DNA of 40,365 nucleotides from an uncultured Clostridia bacterium (GCA_937935915.1 CALGWE010000171.1:1-40365), one strand, 5' to 3'; counted from the stretch's first letter, positions 1-10,247 are shown. A program made the numbers and translations. Notes: generated by a model not told the origin, from the letters alone.

Positions 1-34
1 TTTTTATAATATTTAATTTATTTTTCAAAAAAAT

Positions 35-69
35 AAAGACATTATGCTTTACTTAAGCGTAATGTCTTT
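35..69. terminator. Intrinsic terminator hairpin downstream of the aminotransferase
   Basis: AAAGACATTATGCTT / AAGCGTAATGTCTTT inverted repeat with A/T-rich flanks, about 50 nt past the stop codon at 120. Confidence 0.65.
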
Positions 70-119
70 GCCTTATAATTATTTAATTATCCTATTTTAT
101 GTATCAGTAATACTTTATT

Positions 120-1277
120 TTAAAAGTGATTTCTAATCTGTTTTAATTTCTCCAATGCCTTTTCTAAGGTTTCTGCTTTCTTAGCATAGTGGAAACGAAT
201 ATATTGATTAACATCTTCTCTAAAGAAACTAGAGCCTGGAACCCCTGCTACGCCTACTTCTTTTATAAGTTTTTCTGCAAACTCATTATCAGAAGCCACT
301 CCAAACTGACTAATATCTACCATGACATAATAAGCTCCTTCTGGTTTAAAGTAACGAAGTCCAATTTGATCTAATCCTTTTAAAAATAACTCTCTTTTTT
401 CAGTGTAAATCTTAGTTAATTTCTCATAGTAATCATCACCAAATTTAAGTCCTACAATAGCTGCTCTTTGAAGTGGTGCTGCTGCGCCTACTGTTAAGAA
501 ATCATGTACCTTCTTACATTGATTAATGATTTCTTTAGGTGCAATAACATAGCCTAGTCGCCATCCTGTAATAGAATATGTTTTTGAAAGTGAACTGCAT
601 GAGATAGTACGTTCAAACATTCCTGGTAATGATGCAAAATACGTATGTTTATATGGTGCATAAACAATGTGCTCATATACTTCATCTGTAATGACGTAAG
701 CATCGTATTTTTCAACGATTTTTGCAATATCTAAAAGTTCTTCTTTCGTAAAAACTTTACCTATAGGATTAGAAGGGTTACAAAGTACCAATGCCTTTGC
801 ACCCGCTTTAAAAGCTGCTTCTAATGCTTCTCTATCAAAATCAAAAGCAGGTGGTTTTAATGGAATGTAAATAGGCTGCGCCCCACAAAGAATAGTATCT
901 GCTGCATAGTTCTCATAAAATGGTGAGAAAATAGCCACCTTATCTCCTACTTCACAAATAGACATCATAGCTGTCATCATGGCTTCTGTACTACCACAAG
1001 TAACAACTATATTTTCATTAGGATCTATTTTAATTCCCATAAAATGTTCTTGTTTTTCCGCTAAAGCTTCTCTGAAGTCTTGTGCTCCCCAAGTAACTGC
1101 ATATTGATGTGGTCCTTCAATTGCTGCACGTTGTAATTCTTCAAGTATCTCTTTAGGTGGGTCAAAATCAGGGAAGCCTTGTGATAGATTAATAGCACCA
1201 TATTGATTTGAAATACGTGTCATCTTTCTAATTGTTGATTCTTGAAATCCATCTAATCTATGACTTAACTCTAACAT
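120..1277 (-). CDS. PLP-dependent aminotransferase class I/II (methionine-related, YbdL/MtnE-like)
   Basis: NLSQGFPDF, NPSNPIG, DEVY and SLSKTYSITGWRLGY (PLP lysine) motifs; AGGAGG RBS; SAM riboswitch upstream. Confidence 0.9.
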   Translation of the reverse strand: MLELSHRLDGFQESTIRKMTRISNQYGAINLSQGFPDFDPPKEILEELQRAAIEGPHQYAVTWGAQDFREALAEKQEHFMGIKIDPNENIVVTCGSTEAMMTAMMSICEVGDKVAIFSPFYENYAADTILCGAQPIYIPLKPPAFDFDREALEAAFKAGAKALVLCNPSNPIGKVFTKEELLDIAKIVEKYDAYVITDEVYEHIVYAPYKHTYFASLPGMFERTISCSSLSKTYSITGWRLGYVIAPKEIINQCKKVHDFLTVGAAAPLQRAAIVGLKFGDDYYEKLTKIYTEKRELFLKGLDQIGLRYFKPEGAYYVMVDISQFGVASDNEFAEKLIKEVGVAGVPGSSFFREDVNQYIRFHYAKKAETLEKALEKLKQIRNHF

Positions 1278-1331
1278 CTTATTTTTCCTCCTTATGTACC
1301 TGGTACTTTAAAAGAAATTTCTATTTGTATC

Positions 1332-1366
1332 AAAAAAGCTACTTTCCTAAGATAAGAAAGTAGTCT
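1332..1366 (-). terminator. Regulatory terminator (expression platform) of the SAM-I riboswitch
   Basis: Minus strand CTACTTTC-TTATCTTAG-GAAAGTAG followed by a T6 run; its CTTTCTTATCT is complementary to the P1 3' strand AGATAAGAAAG, giving an antiterminator. Confidence 0.8.
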
Positions 1367-1377
1367 TAAACTATGCT

Positions 1378-1493
1378 TTCTTATCTCTCAAGCTCACTAC
1401 AGAGCTTGCTGGAATTAGCACCTTAAATAATGTATACATTATTCAGGTTGCTGGGCTTCATTGGGCCAGTCCCTTTGCCTCTCTAAATAAGAA
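1378..1493 (-). ncRNA. SAM-I (S-box) riboswitch
   Basis: Minus strand CTTATTTAGAGAGGC..GGGACTGGCCC.ATGAAGCCCAGCAACC...AAGGTGCTAATTCCAGCA...GAGAGATAAG matches the S-box consensus. Confidence 0.93.
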
Positions 1494-1681
1494 TCTTTTT
1501 ATTACCAAGTTTTTTAATATGATTAGTAGTATATATTCTAGAAAAATTAATGTCAATATTTTTTATAATATTTTATAATATTTTTATTTTTTACCCAAAT
1601 CTCATATTATTGTTACGGTGTTACAATTTATGGAAATATGCATATACTATATTAGCGGATCAATCTAAAGGACTGATTTTA

Positions 1682-3058
1682 GTGCTTAAGCATCCTCTTG
1701 AACAGCAATTTTCTTCGACCTTACATCAATGCAATGAATGTATTCAAAAAGATTACTTAAACAACCTAGAGCGTGCCACTCTCTGTACCACTAAAAAGTT
1801 TCAAAACCAAATTCTACTTTTTAAAATCAATCATTTTACTACTTCAACTACCTCTCAATATTTTACTTATGTTTTTAACGCTCTTGCTTCCCTTAATACT
1901 ACTATCGGTATTATTCTAGAGCGTCATAAAAGCACACTTAACTTCTACTTAGGTTTAAGTATAGATCCACCCAATACCACTTCTTGTGAAATCTTCGCAC
2001 AGGGGTTTGCCTCTACATTTCTTAATAGCAAAATAACGGCTTATAACGCTGAAGAATCAAAGACCTTATTAAATAATTTATTTTGCTTAGAACATATTTC
2101 TTCTATTACATCTACCATCGTGATTCCTGATAATACTAACGCTGATGCAGACTCTACCTTACAAAAATTCTCCTCTCTTTTTCCTTCTGAAAACTACGTG
2201 GCACTCTTCCTAGCTTCGCCAACGGATTGTAACGAAAATAAAAACAACTTGAATACTTTTTTAGATCTTTTCGATTCATTGTCTCAATTCCAGCAGTCTA
2301 ATTTCAGTTGTGGCAATATAGTGGCTCATAATAAATCTTGCACCCTAACAGCCACTCAATCTTCTTCTTCAAGTAACTCGTGTACGAATACAAATTCTTC
2401 TTCCACTGGTTCTAGTGCCGCTAACTATACAAATATTTCACCTTCAACTACTGTTCCTCTAGGCAATAGTACCCGTGTTGTTAATATGAGTGCCACCTTT
2501 AATGAAGCCATTGGTTCCAATCAAGGTACTTCTCAATCTCAAGCTAAAGGAAATACTGAAGGCTGCTCTAATGGTAAATCCGAGGCCAATATGAATGCCA
2601 CCAATCTTTCAGATAGTTCTTCAATTTCTTTTTGCAGGCAAAATAAGCTCATTACAACTGATTTATCAATTGTAAGTAACTTTATTACCCGTCTTACTGA
2701 TAACACTAACAATGCAATGTTTTGTTTTAATGCTTTCTTCTTTGCGCCTCTTGCTTCCACTACAATCCGTGCCGGCTACACTTATGCTGGTTTAGCTAAA
2801 GATACTAGCTTCTATTTAGAGCCAACCTTTGTCTCCACTTGGCCGTCTACCCACTGTAACTTTCGCAGTTTACTTAAAGAACTCCGTCACTTCCAGATTC
2901 CTAAATTCAAACTGCCTCGTGGCTCCAAAAGTTTCAAAGCTTGTACCACTATTACCTCTAGTGAACTTCTAAATACTTTCTACTTTCCGACTAAAACGGT
3001 TCCTGCTAAATCTACTCATTCAACAAATTCAAAAACGTCAGCTTCATCCACACCATAA
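1682..3058 (+). CDS. Hypothetical Ser/Thr/Asn/Cys-rich protein; resembles the N-terminal half of large DUF87/HerA-like ATPases but has no ATPase domain
   Basis: Long ORF 1550-3058; probable start is GTG at 1682 after AAAGGA; Ser/Thr-rich central tract; no Walker A motif. Confidence 0.65.
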   Translation: MLKHPLEQQFSSTLHQCNECIQKDYLNNLERATLCTTKKFQNQILLFKINHFTTSTTSQYFTYVFNALASLNTTIGIILERHKSTLNFYLGLSIDPPNTTSCEIFAQGFASTFLNSKITAYNAEESKTLLNNLFCLEHISSITSTIVIPDNTNADADSTLQKFSSLFPSENYVALFLASPTDCNENKNNLNTFLDLFDSLSQFQQSNFSCGNIVAHNKSCTLTATQSSSSSNSCTNTNSSSTGSSAANYTNISPSTTVPLGNSTRVVNMSATFNEAIGSNQGTSQSQAKGNTEGCSNGKSEANMNATNLSDSSSISFCRQNKLITTDLSIVSNFITRLTDNTNNAMFCFNAFFFAPLASTTIRAGYTYAGLAKDTSFYLEPTFVSTWPSTHCNFRSLLKELRHFQIPKFKLPRGSKSFKACTTITSSELLNTFYFPTKTVPAKSTHSTNSKTSASSTP

Positions 3059-3097
3059 CCTCAACTATTTTTGTTTATCTTCATCTATTTATACAAA

Positions 3098-3169
3098 GTG
3101 GGAGTAGTAATAGAGTCTCTGTTTTGGCTATAGCTATTTAATATGGCTAGACTCTGCTACTACTCCCAC
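3098..3169. terminator. Long GC-rich hairpin after the Ser-rich gene
   Basis: GTGGGAGTAGTA..AGAGTCT / AGACTCT.CTACTACTCCCAC arms. Confidence 0.5.
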
Positions 3170-3350
3170 AAGTATTTTGTAATAACCCATTATTTTTTAG
3201 AGGATACAAAATTTTCTTACCACTTATTAACAATTAAAAACTTGTATGTTATACTTTTTTAATAAAACATGCCTATTTTTTAGCTTATTTCATAAACTTA
3301 TAAATAAGCTAATTTTCTTATATATAGGTTATTAAAAGGAGGGATATCAT

Positions 3351-4424
3351 TTGTCAGTTATTACTTATAAGTGTCCTAACTGTGGTGGGCATTTAAGCTT
3401 TGATCCTGAGACACAAAAATCTAAATGTGATTTCTGTGACAGTACCTTTACAGAAGCAGAACTTCAAGCTGCCAATAGTCAGACCGTTCATTCTGAAGAT
3501 GCTAAAACTGTCACCCCAGATGGTGGAGATTATACAGAAACATCTGAAGCAGAAGCAACATCTTTACTTTATACTTGCCCTAGTTGTGGTGCTGAAATTA
3601 TTACAGACCACACCACATCAGCTATGATTTGCTGTTATTGTCATAACCCGGTTGTATTTTCTAAGCAACTAGAAGGTGAATTTAGACCATCTAAAGTTAT
3701 TCCATTTAAACTCAGCCGTCAGCGTGCAGAAGATGATTTTAGAAGTTGGTGTAAAAGGAAAAAGTTCTTACCTAGTGACTTCTCTTCACCTTCTCAACTT
3801 GAAAAGATGGCTGGGCTCTATATTCCTTATTGGCTTGTAGACTGTGACACTTCAGGCAGCTTAAATGCAGAAGCACGTAATATTTCTACTTGGATTAGTG
3901 GGGACTATCAATATACTAAAACAGATATTTATGCCGTTTATCGTGAAGCTAATATGGATTTCTATAATATTGCCCATGATGCTTCAAGTAAAGCTGACGA
4001 TCAGGTTATGGATAGTATAGGGCCTTTCAACTTTGATGATCTTACACCTTATTCATCTACTTACCTTTCAGGCTTCCTAGCTGAAAAGTATGATGTTACT
4101 AAGGATGATGTTTTTCCTGAGATTAAAAGTCGTGTTGAAAAAGCTGTTACTGTTACTCTACGTGAATCCATTCAAGGCTATTCTACCGTAAGCGTTAAAA
4201 ATGCACATACACAAATTCATAAATCACGTTTCCACTACACTTTAATGCCTATATGGATGCTAACTTATCTTTATAAGGGTGAAACTTATATGTTTGCTAT
4301 GAATGGTCAAACAGGTAAATTATATGGCCGTTTACCATTAGATAAAAGCAAGGTACTTCGTTTCTCTATACTAATCTTCTTCATTACATTTATTGTTTGT
4401 TTCATAGGGGGGTTATTTATATGA
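3351..4424 (+). CDS. Double zinc-ribbon membrane-anchored protein
   Basis: CPNCGG..CDFC and CPSCGA..CCYC pairs; YIPYW and MNGQTGK motifs; C-terminal TM helix; GGAGGG RBS with TTG start. Confidence 0.85.
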   Translation: MSVITYKCPNCGGHLSFDPETQKSKCDFCDSTFTEAELQAANSQTVHSEDAKTVTPDGGDYTETSEAEATSLLYTCPSCGAEIITDHTTSAMICCYCHNPVVFSKQLEGEFRPSKVIPFKLSRQRAEDDFRSWCKRKKFLPSDFSSPSQLEKMAGLYIPYWLVDCDTSGSLNAEARNISTWISGDYQYTKTDIYAVYREANMDFYNIAHDASSKADDQVMDSIGPFNFDDLTPYSSTYLSGFLAEKYDVTKDDVFPEIKSRVEKAVTVTLRESIQGYSTVSVKNAHTQIHKSRFHYTLMPIWMLTYLYKGETYMFAMNGQTGKLYGRLPLDKSKVLRFSILIFFITFIVCFIGGLFI

Positions 4425-5269
4425 GAAATTTAAAATGTACTTTAAGTCGTCCTTTAATGGGATTAATGAGTTTACTATTGTGTGTTTTGATGCTTATACC
4501 AGTTCCTCTTAAAGCAGCTTTACCAAATCAAGGCGTTTATGATTATGCTGCTTTGTTTACTGATGAAGAGGTACAAAGTCTTCAAACTAAAATAAATGAG
4601 ATTCGTGGGGCTTATAATGTAGATGCCTTCATTTTAACCACAGATGATGCCCAAGGTAAAACAACTACAGCATTTGCTGATGATTTTCTCTTTGACTTAG
4701 GCTATGGTACAACTGATACAAATGCGGTACTCTTTATCATTGATATGGATAATCGTAATGTCAAAATTGCCACATCAGGTGTGACTACCTTTTCATATTT
4801 TACAGATGAACGTTGTGAGCTTATTATTGATAAACTTTATGGTGATTTAAAAGAAGGCAACTATTATCAAACGGGTAATATCTTCTTAAAATATGTGTCA
4901 GCAGTTCTTGCAGCTCCTGTACCTGAGGCTAATTCTTCACAGCAGACTTCACTACCTAGAGCGCCTCTTAATATGTCAGATTATTTAATGCGCGGTGGTA
5001 TTGCAGTAGCTATTGCATTTATTGTTTCACTCATTACTTATTTCAGCATTTGCCATAGTTATACACATCCTAAGTTTACACAACCAGTTACTGCTCCAGA
5101 CCGTAGCTCAGTTAATTACACAGATAAACAAGATAAATTTATGCATAGCCACACAACTAAAGTACGCATCAGGCAAGATGATAATCATCACTCTGGCGGT
5201 GGTGGAAGCTCTACCCATACTTCTAGTGGTGGCGGTACCTTTGGTGGTAGTGGGGAACGCGGCTTCTAA
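4421..5269 (+). CDS. TPM (TLP18.3/Psb32/MOLO-1) domain membrane protein with Gly/Ser-rich tail
   Basis: Signal peptide, VYDYAALF, VLFIIDMDNR, TM helix, STHTSSGGGTFGG tail; ATGA overlap with the upstream stop supports a start at 4421. Confidence 0.85.
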   Translation: MRNLKCTLSRPLMGLMSLLLCVLMLIPVPLKAALPNQGVYDYAALFTDEEVQSLQTKINEIRGAYNVDAFILTTDDAQGKTTTAFADDFLFDLGYGTTDTNAVLFIIDMDNRNVKIATSGVTTFSYFTDERCELIIDKLYGDLKEGNYYQTGNIFLKYVSAVLAAPVPEANSSQQTSLPRAPLNMSDYLMRGGIAVAIAFIVSLITYFSICHSYTHPKFTQPVTAPDRSSVNYTDKQDKFMHSHTTKVRIRQDDNHHSGGGGSSTHTSSGGGTFGGSGERGF

Positions 5270-5319
5270 ACTTATTAAAACTATGCTACAAAAGATTTTA
5301 TATTATAGGGGGATTTAAT

Positions 5320-5694
5320 ATGGGATTTTGGATCTTCATGTTAGTGATGAATTTAATTATTCCAGTTATAATGACTGGATTTGGATGGTACTTTCTTAAA
5401 GGAAAACCTGAAAAGATTAATCATATTGTAGGATATCGTACAAAACTCTCAATGAAAAATCAAGATACTTGGCGCTTTGCGCATCAATATTGTGGGAAGC
5501 TTTGGTTTATACTTGGATTAATTTTATTAATCTTAACACCTCTCATAATGGTTCTAGGTTTAAAATTAGATAATAACATTGATTATGGCGGTATCATTTG
5601 CACTGTCCAAGTAATTTTACTTGTGGGCACAATCATTCCTACGGAACGTGCTTTGCATCGTACCTTTAATAAAGATGGCAGCCGTAAAAATTAA
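5320..5694 (+). CDS. SdpI/YhfL family membrane protein
   Basis: IN..VGYRT..SMKNQDTW.FAH motif and 3 TM segments. Confidence 0.85.
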   Translation: MGFWIFMLVMNLIIPVIMTGFGWYFLKGKPEKINHIVGYRTKLSMKNQDTWRFAHQYCGKLWFILGLILLILTPLIMVLGLKLDNNIDYGGIICTVQVILLVGTIIPTERALHRTFNKDGSRKN

Positions 5695-5759
5695 CGGCTT
5701 AGACTAATAAAACACAAGAAAGGAGTTACACATTTATACTAGTGCGTAACTCCTTCTTT

Positions 5760-6260
5760 TTATTGTCCTGCGATTTTACTTCTACGTTCCATGATTACTG
5801 TATCTCTCCAGATGCCATCTACATCTTGTGCTATACGTTCTCTCGTTCCGATTACTCGAAATCCACATTTTTTATGTAGCGCTAAACTAGCCTCATTAAC
5901 TGCAAAAATAGCAGAATACAATGTCCATATATCTAATCTCTCTGTTTCTTCAATAGTCTTCATCATCAGTAAGTAGCCTATTTGATTCCCCCTTGCTTCT
6001 TCTGCCACATAGATACTTACTTCCACAACACCTCTATAAACATATCTGCTACTTGTTGGACTTAATGCAATCCATCCCATAACTCTATCTTCTTCATTCA
6101 CAGCAACGAATCTACATTCTTTTAAGTGGCCTTGATCCCAAACTTCATATTCTGGTGCTTCAGTTTGAAAGGTTGCCTTCTTAGTTGCAATGCCTTGTAA
6201 ATAAATCGCTCTTACTCTATCCCAATCTTCTCTTTTCATCTCTCGTATTTTATAATTCAT
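5760..6260 (-). CDS. GNAT N-acetyltransferase (phosphinothricin/methionine-sulfoximine acetyltransferase-like)
   Basis: IY..GI..ATF, EVSIYV..ARG.QIG, NEASLALHKKCGF and WRDTV.MERR motifs. Confidence 0.85.
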   Translation of the reverse strand: MNYKIREMKREDWDRVRAIYLQGIATKKATFQTEAPEYEVWDQGHLKECRFVAVNEEDRVMGWIALSPTSSRYVYRGVVEVSIYVAEEARGNQIGYLLMMKTIEETERLDIWTLYSAIFAVNEASLALHKKCGFRVIGTRERIAQDVDGIWRDTVIMERRSKIAGQ

Positions 6261-6387
6261 CTGTTTTCCCCCTTATATTTTCTGTCATTATATACCTTTG
6301 TACATTATCTGTACATAAAAAATCACCTATAAATTAGGGTTATCTTCTACTAATCTATAGGTGATTTTTATTTCTATTTCAATCTGC

Positions 6388-6960
6388 TTATTTATTTGCT
6401 ACGTAATCACGTGCTTTCTTAATAAGCTTTTTATAAACCTCTATAATTTGTGGTTCATTGCTGTATTTTTCGATTTCATCTACAGGAATCCATCTTACAC
6501 CACTATTTTCTGCTTCATTGATATGAAGTTCCTCTTCTTCATCAGCGATTAGAATATAAGCTGCTGAAAGATGCATATGCGTTGGTACATAAGCGCCTTT
6601 TTTCATGTGTCCCCATACAGGTAAGATATCTATACTTGCAATCTCTGGCATAAGTGGCTCAATATTTTTAACGCCTGTTTCCTCTTTAGCTTCTTTCATT
6701 GCAACATAAAGTAAATCATCATCTCCATCAGCATGACCACCTGTCCATGCCCATGTCTTATAAATATTATGATGTACCATAAGCGTTTTATCTAATGATT
6801 TATTTAAGATAAAACCAGAGCTTGTCATATGCCCCATTTCATTTTCTCTAAGAAGTATGTTATGTGAGTAGTCTTCAATATACTTTAAGATTACTCGTTT
6901 TTCTGCTACTTCTTGCTCATTAATAGGTTCATACGCCTTAATCGCTTCAATATAGTTCAT
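6388..6960 (-). CDS. NUDIX hydrolase
   Basis: GGHADG-x7-AMKEAKEETG Nudix box; HMTSSGF. Confidence 0.9.
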   Translation of the reverse strand: MNYIEAIKAYEPINEQEVAEKRVILKYIEDYSHNILLRENEMGHMTSSGFILNKSLDKTLMVHHNIYKTWAWTGGHADGDDDLLYVAMKEAKEETGVKNIEPLMPEIASIDILPVWGHMKKGAYVPTHMHLSAAYILIADEEEELHINEAENSGVRWIPVDEIEKYSNEPQIIEVYKKLIKKARDYVANK

Positions 6961-6992
6961 TTTGCTTCCTCTTTCTGTATAAGTTTAAGTTT

Positions 6993-9281
6993 TTATTTTG
7001 TTCTTTCTTTAAAGGTTAACTTAAATGTCTTATCTACTACTGTCACTTTACAACTTCCGCCATCCACAAGCTTACCAAATAAGATTTCATCTACTAAAAG
7101 TGGTTTAAGCTCATCTTCAATAAGCCTTGCAATTTCCCTTGCTCCAAATTCTGTTGAGATACCTTTTTCAGCAATGTATGTGATACACTTCTTATCAAAT
7201 GTAAGCATAATATTTTTCTCTTTAAGGATTTCCTTAAATTTATTTAACTCTTTCTTAGCAATAAGGTCTGCCATAGCTGAATCAATGTGATTAAATACAA
7301 CAATACTGCTTAATCTATTTCTAAACTCTGGCGTAAATACCTTCTTCACTTCATCCTGAATAGCCTCTCCTGTAATACTTCTTTCACCGAAACCTACAAG
7401 CTTTTTACCAATTTTAGAAGCACCCGCATTAGACGTCATAATCAAAATAACATTTCTAAAGTCGGCTTTTCTGCCTTGGTTATCTGTAAGTGTGGCATAG
7501 TCCATAACTTGTAATAAGATATTGAAGATATCTTGATGTGCCTTTTCGATTTCATCTAATAAAAGCACACAGTAAGGTGTCTTGCGAATGGCATCTGTTA
7601 ATAAACCGCCTTCTTCATATCCTACATATCCTGGTGGTGAACCAATGAGTTTAGAGGCTGTATGTTTCTCTGTATATTCACTCATATCAAAACGAATAAG
7701 CTTCACGCCAAGCTCTTTTGCTAAGCATTTTGCAATTTCTGTTTTACCTACACCAGTAGGCCCTACAAATAAGAAGTTTGCTACTGGCTTATTACCATCA
7801 CTAAGTCCTGCTCTAGATAGTTTAATAGATTTAACGATTTGTTTAATCGCCTGATCTTGCCCAAAAATTTGTCCTTCAAGAACACCTTCAAGTTGTTTAA
7901 GGGCTGTCACTTCTTTCTTCTCTACTGTTTGCTTAGGAATATGGCAAATCTTAGAAAGCGTCTCTTGAATCATATCTAAATCAATAACTTTCTTCTTACC
8001 TTTTTTACCTTTAACCGTATTACAAGCTCCTGTCTCATCAATAAGGTCAATCGCTTTATCTGGTAAGAATCTATCATTGATATATTGCTGACTTAATTCT
8101 ACTGCACCTTTAATAGCTTCATCTGTATAAGTTACGCCATGATATTTTTCATAATGTGGCTTAAGTCCTTGTAAAATCTGTATTGTCTCTTCTACTGTTG
8201 GTTCTTTGACCTCTACTGTTTGGAAACGTCTTACTAAACCTTTATCCTTTTCAAAGTATTTCTTGTACTCCTCATAAGTTGTGGCACCTATAAACTTAAT
8301 ATGTCCATCTGTTAAATAAGGCTTGAGAAGATTTGAGGCATCTAAAGAACCACCGCCTAAAGCTCCTGCACCTACTATGTTATGAATCTCATCAATATAC
8401 ACAATAGGCTTATCTAATTTCTTAAGGCTATCTAATATTTTCTTAAGACGTTTTTCAAAATCACCACGATATTGTGTTCCCGCCAGTACACTTCCTAAAT
8501 CTAAAGCATAAATTTGTGCCCCTTTTAATAAATCAGGTACCTTACCTTCATTAATGTATTTCGCAAGACCTAATGTGAGCTTAGTTTTACCAACGCCAGG
8601 TTCACCTACATGAATTGGATTATTTTTTTGTTTTCTGCAAAGCACCTGAATAGTTCGAATGATTAAATCTTCTCTTCCTACAAGTGGTTCATCTGCTTTT
8701 TCCGCTTCTTCATTTAAGTTTGTAAGATACTGCTCAAAACCTGAAGGAATACCTTCCTCTTCTTCCTCATCTTGAAGCGCTTCTTCTTCAGCATACTGCG
8801 CCGCTGTAGATTTAGTTAATTCACCTTTACTTGTTTTGATTAAGCTATGTCCTTTTTCTTCGTCTTCTAAATGGCATAATTCAAATAATAAATTGCGTTT
8901 CGTTACGCCTTGTTCTAATATATAGTACACACCATAGTTCTCTGGTAAATCCATAATGCCTGCTACTAAATGATCTACTTCAATTTGATTTTTACCACTA
9001 TTAATGACTTGTTCTGAAGCCCTTAAAAGTGTTTGTTGGACACTAAAACTTTCAATAGGTTCTACGCCCTCTACTTTTTCCATTGTTTCATCTAAATAAG
9101 CCGCTATATTGCTTCGTAAAACATTAATATCGCCACCACAGCTTTCAAATGCTTCTTTGAAAATCTTTTGCCCGCACATCACTAAAATAATATGTTCTGG
9201 TGTAATATATTCGTGACCTAATTTAGCTGCTAACTGGTTAGCTTCTGCAATAATCTTGCCTACTAATGCTGATATATACAT
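6993..9281 (-). CDS. clpA: ATP-dependent Clp protease ATP-binding subunit ClpA
   Basis: Clp N-domain, two AAA modules (GEPGVGKT, GPTGVGKT), no middle domain, VGF ClpP-docking loop, adjacent clpS. Confidence 0.9.
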   Translation of the reverse strand: MYISALVGKIIAEANQLAAKLGHEYITPEHIILVMCGQKIFKEAFESCGGDINVLRSNIAAYLDETMEKVEGVEPIESFSVQQTLLRASEQVINSGKNQIEVDHLVAGIMDLPENYGVYYILEQGVTKRNLLFELCHLEDEEKGHSLIKTSKGELTKSTAAQYAEEEALQDEEEEEGIPSGFEQYLTNLNEEAEKADEPLVGREDLIIRTIQVLCRKQKNNPIHVGEPGVGKTKLTLGLAKYINEGKVPDLLKGAQIYALDLGSVLAGTQYRGDFEKRLKKILDSLKKLDKPIVYIDEIHNIVGAGALGGGSLDASNLLKPYLTDGHIKFIGATTYEEYKKYFEKDKGLVRRFQTVEVKEPTVEETIQILQGLKPHYEKYHGVTYTDEAIKGAVELSQQYINDRFLPDKAIDLIDETGACNTVKGKKGKKKVIDLDMIQETLSKICHIPKQTVEKKEVTALKQLEGVLEGQIFGQDQAIKQIVKSIKLSRAGLSDGNKPVANFLFVGPTGVGKTEIAKCLAKELGVKLIRFDMSEYTEKHTASKLIGSPPGYVGYEEGGLLTDAIRKTPYCVLLLDEIEKAHQDIFNILLQVMDYATLTDNQGRKADFRNVILIMTSNAGASKIGKKLVGFGERSITGEAIQDEVKKVFTPEFRNRLSSIVVFNHIDSAMADLIAKKELNKFKEILKEKNIMLTFDKKCITYIAEKGISTEFGAREIARLIEDELKPLLVDEILFGKLVDGGSCKVTVVDKTFKLTFKERTK

Positions 9282-9283
9282 AT

Positions 9284-9589
9284 TTACACCTCTTCTACAC
9301 TAAGTTTAAATGGGAAACCTTCTTCTTTTGCCCAAGCCATTGCTGTCCCTGCTTTAGTCATGGCAATGTCATAAGAATAAATACCCGCTATTCCGCTACC
9401 CTTTTGATGCACTTCTAGCATGATTTTATTGGCCTCTTCTAGTTTCTTATTAAAAATTTGTGTTAACACCTCTATGACAAATTCCATTGTTGTATAGTCA
9501 TCATTATGCATTACAACCTTATACTGTTTAGGTTTTTTAACCTTCACCTTATTCTTCTGACTCACTATGTGTTTTGGTTCCATATTCAT
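9284..9589 (-). CDS. clpS: Clp protease adaptor ClpS
   Basis: YKVVMHNDDYTTMEFV..IMLEVHQKG..GFPF. Confidence 0.95.
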   Translation of the reverse strand: MNMEPKHIVSQKNKVKVKKPKQYKVVMHNDDYTTMEFVIEVLTQIFNKKLEEANKIMLEVHQKGSGIAGIYSYDIAMTKAGTAMAWAKEEGFPFKLSVEEV

Positions 9590-9737
9590 TCCTTCCTTAC
9601 TGACTCATTCTATCTTTATTGTAGCACAAAGTAATAAAAAAGGTGTGTTTCACTCATATGCTTACGAACAAAACTCACCTTTTATGTTTTATTTTTATAA
9701 ATTATGCCATTACCTTCTCATTTATAACTGTAGTACC

Positions 9738-10103
9738 TTATTTAGAATATGTATACCTTGATAGATATTCCATAAGTTTAGGTAAATCTTCTTTTTGAAT
9801 CTGATACTTTGAAAAATTTAAACCTGAATAGCGACCATTGTATATAATAATTGTATGTTTCTTAAATTCTACACCATTAATCTGTCCCTTATTAATCGTT
9901 ACTTGTCTCATAAACCTTTTAATGATAATCTGACAATCTGTAATCTGAATTTCTCTAATCCATATACAGGTAAAATAAAATATAATCCATACCCCTAATA
10001 TACTTAATACTCTCATACAATGGCCCGACCAAATACTTGCTAATGCAATAACTACAATAAACCCACTAATTAGTTTTTTTTCTCCATTTCCCCTGATTAC
10101 CAT
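9738..10103 (-). CDS. Hypothetical membrane protein (2 TM plus possible PH-like domain)
   Basis: AAAGGGA RBS; two hydrophobic segments followed by a beta-rich basic domain. Confidence 0.55.
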   Translation of the reverse strand: MVIRGNGEKKLISGFIVVIALASIWSGHCMRVLSILGVWIIFYFTCIWIREIQITDCQIIIKRFMRQVTINKGQINGVEFKKHTIIIYNGRYSGLNFSKYQIQKEDLPKLMEYLSRYTYSK

Positions 10104-10247
10104 CTTTGTCCCTTTCTTTATATAATATGTACTGCATTATATGCATCGTCATTTTCATAGTACAATCTAATCAATTTTAAGATATTATTTATTTTTTCAA
10201 CAAAAAAAGAACTATTATCCATATAAAATGAATAATAGTTCCTTGTT

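Noticed and set aside
1550..1681. ORF-track start at 1550
   Set aside because: AT-rich, intergenic-like sequence overlapping divergent promoter regions; the RBS supports GTG at 1682.
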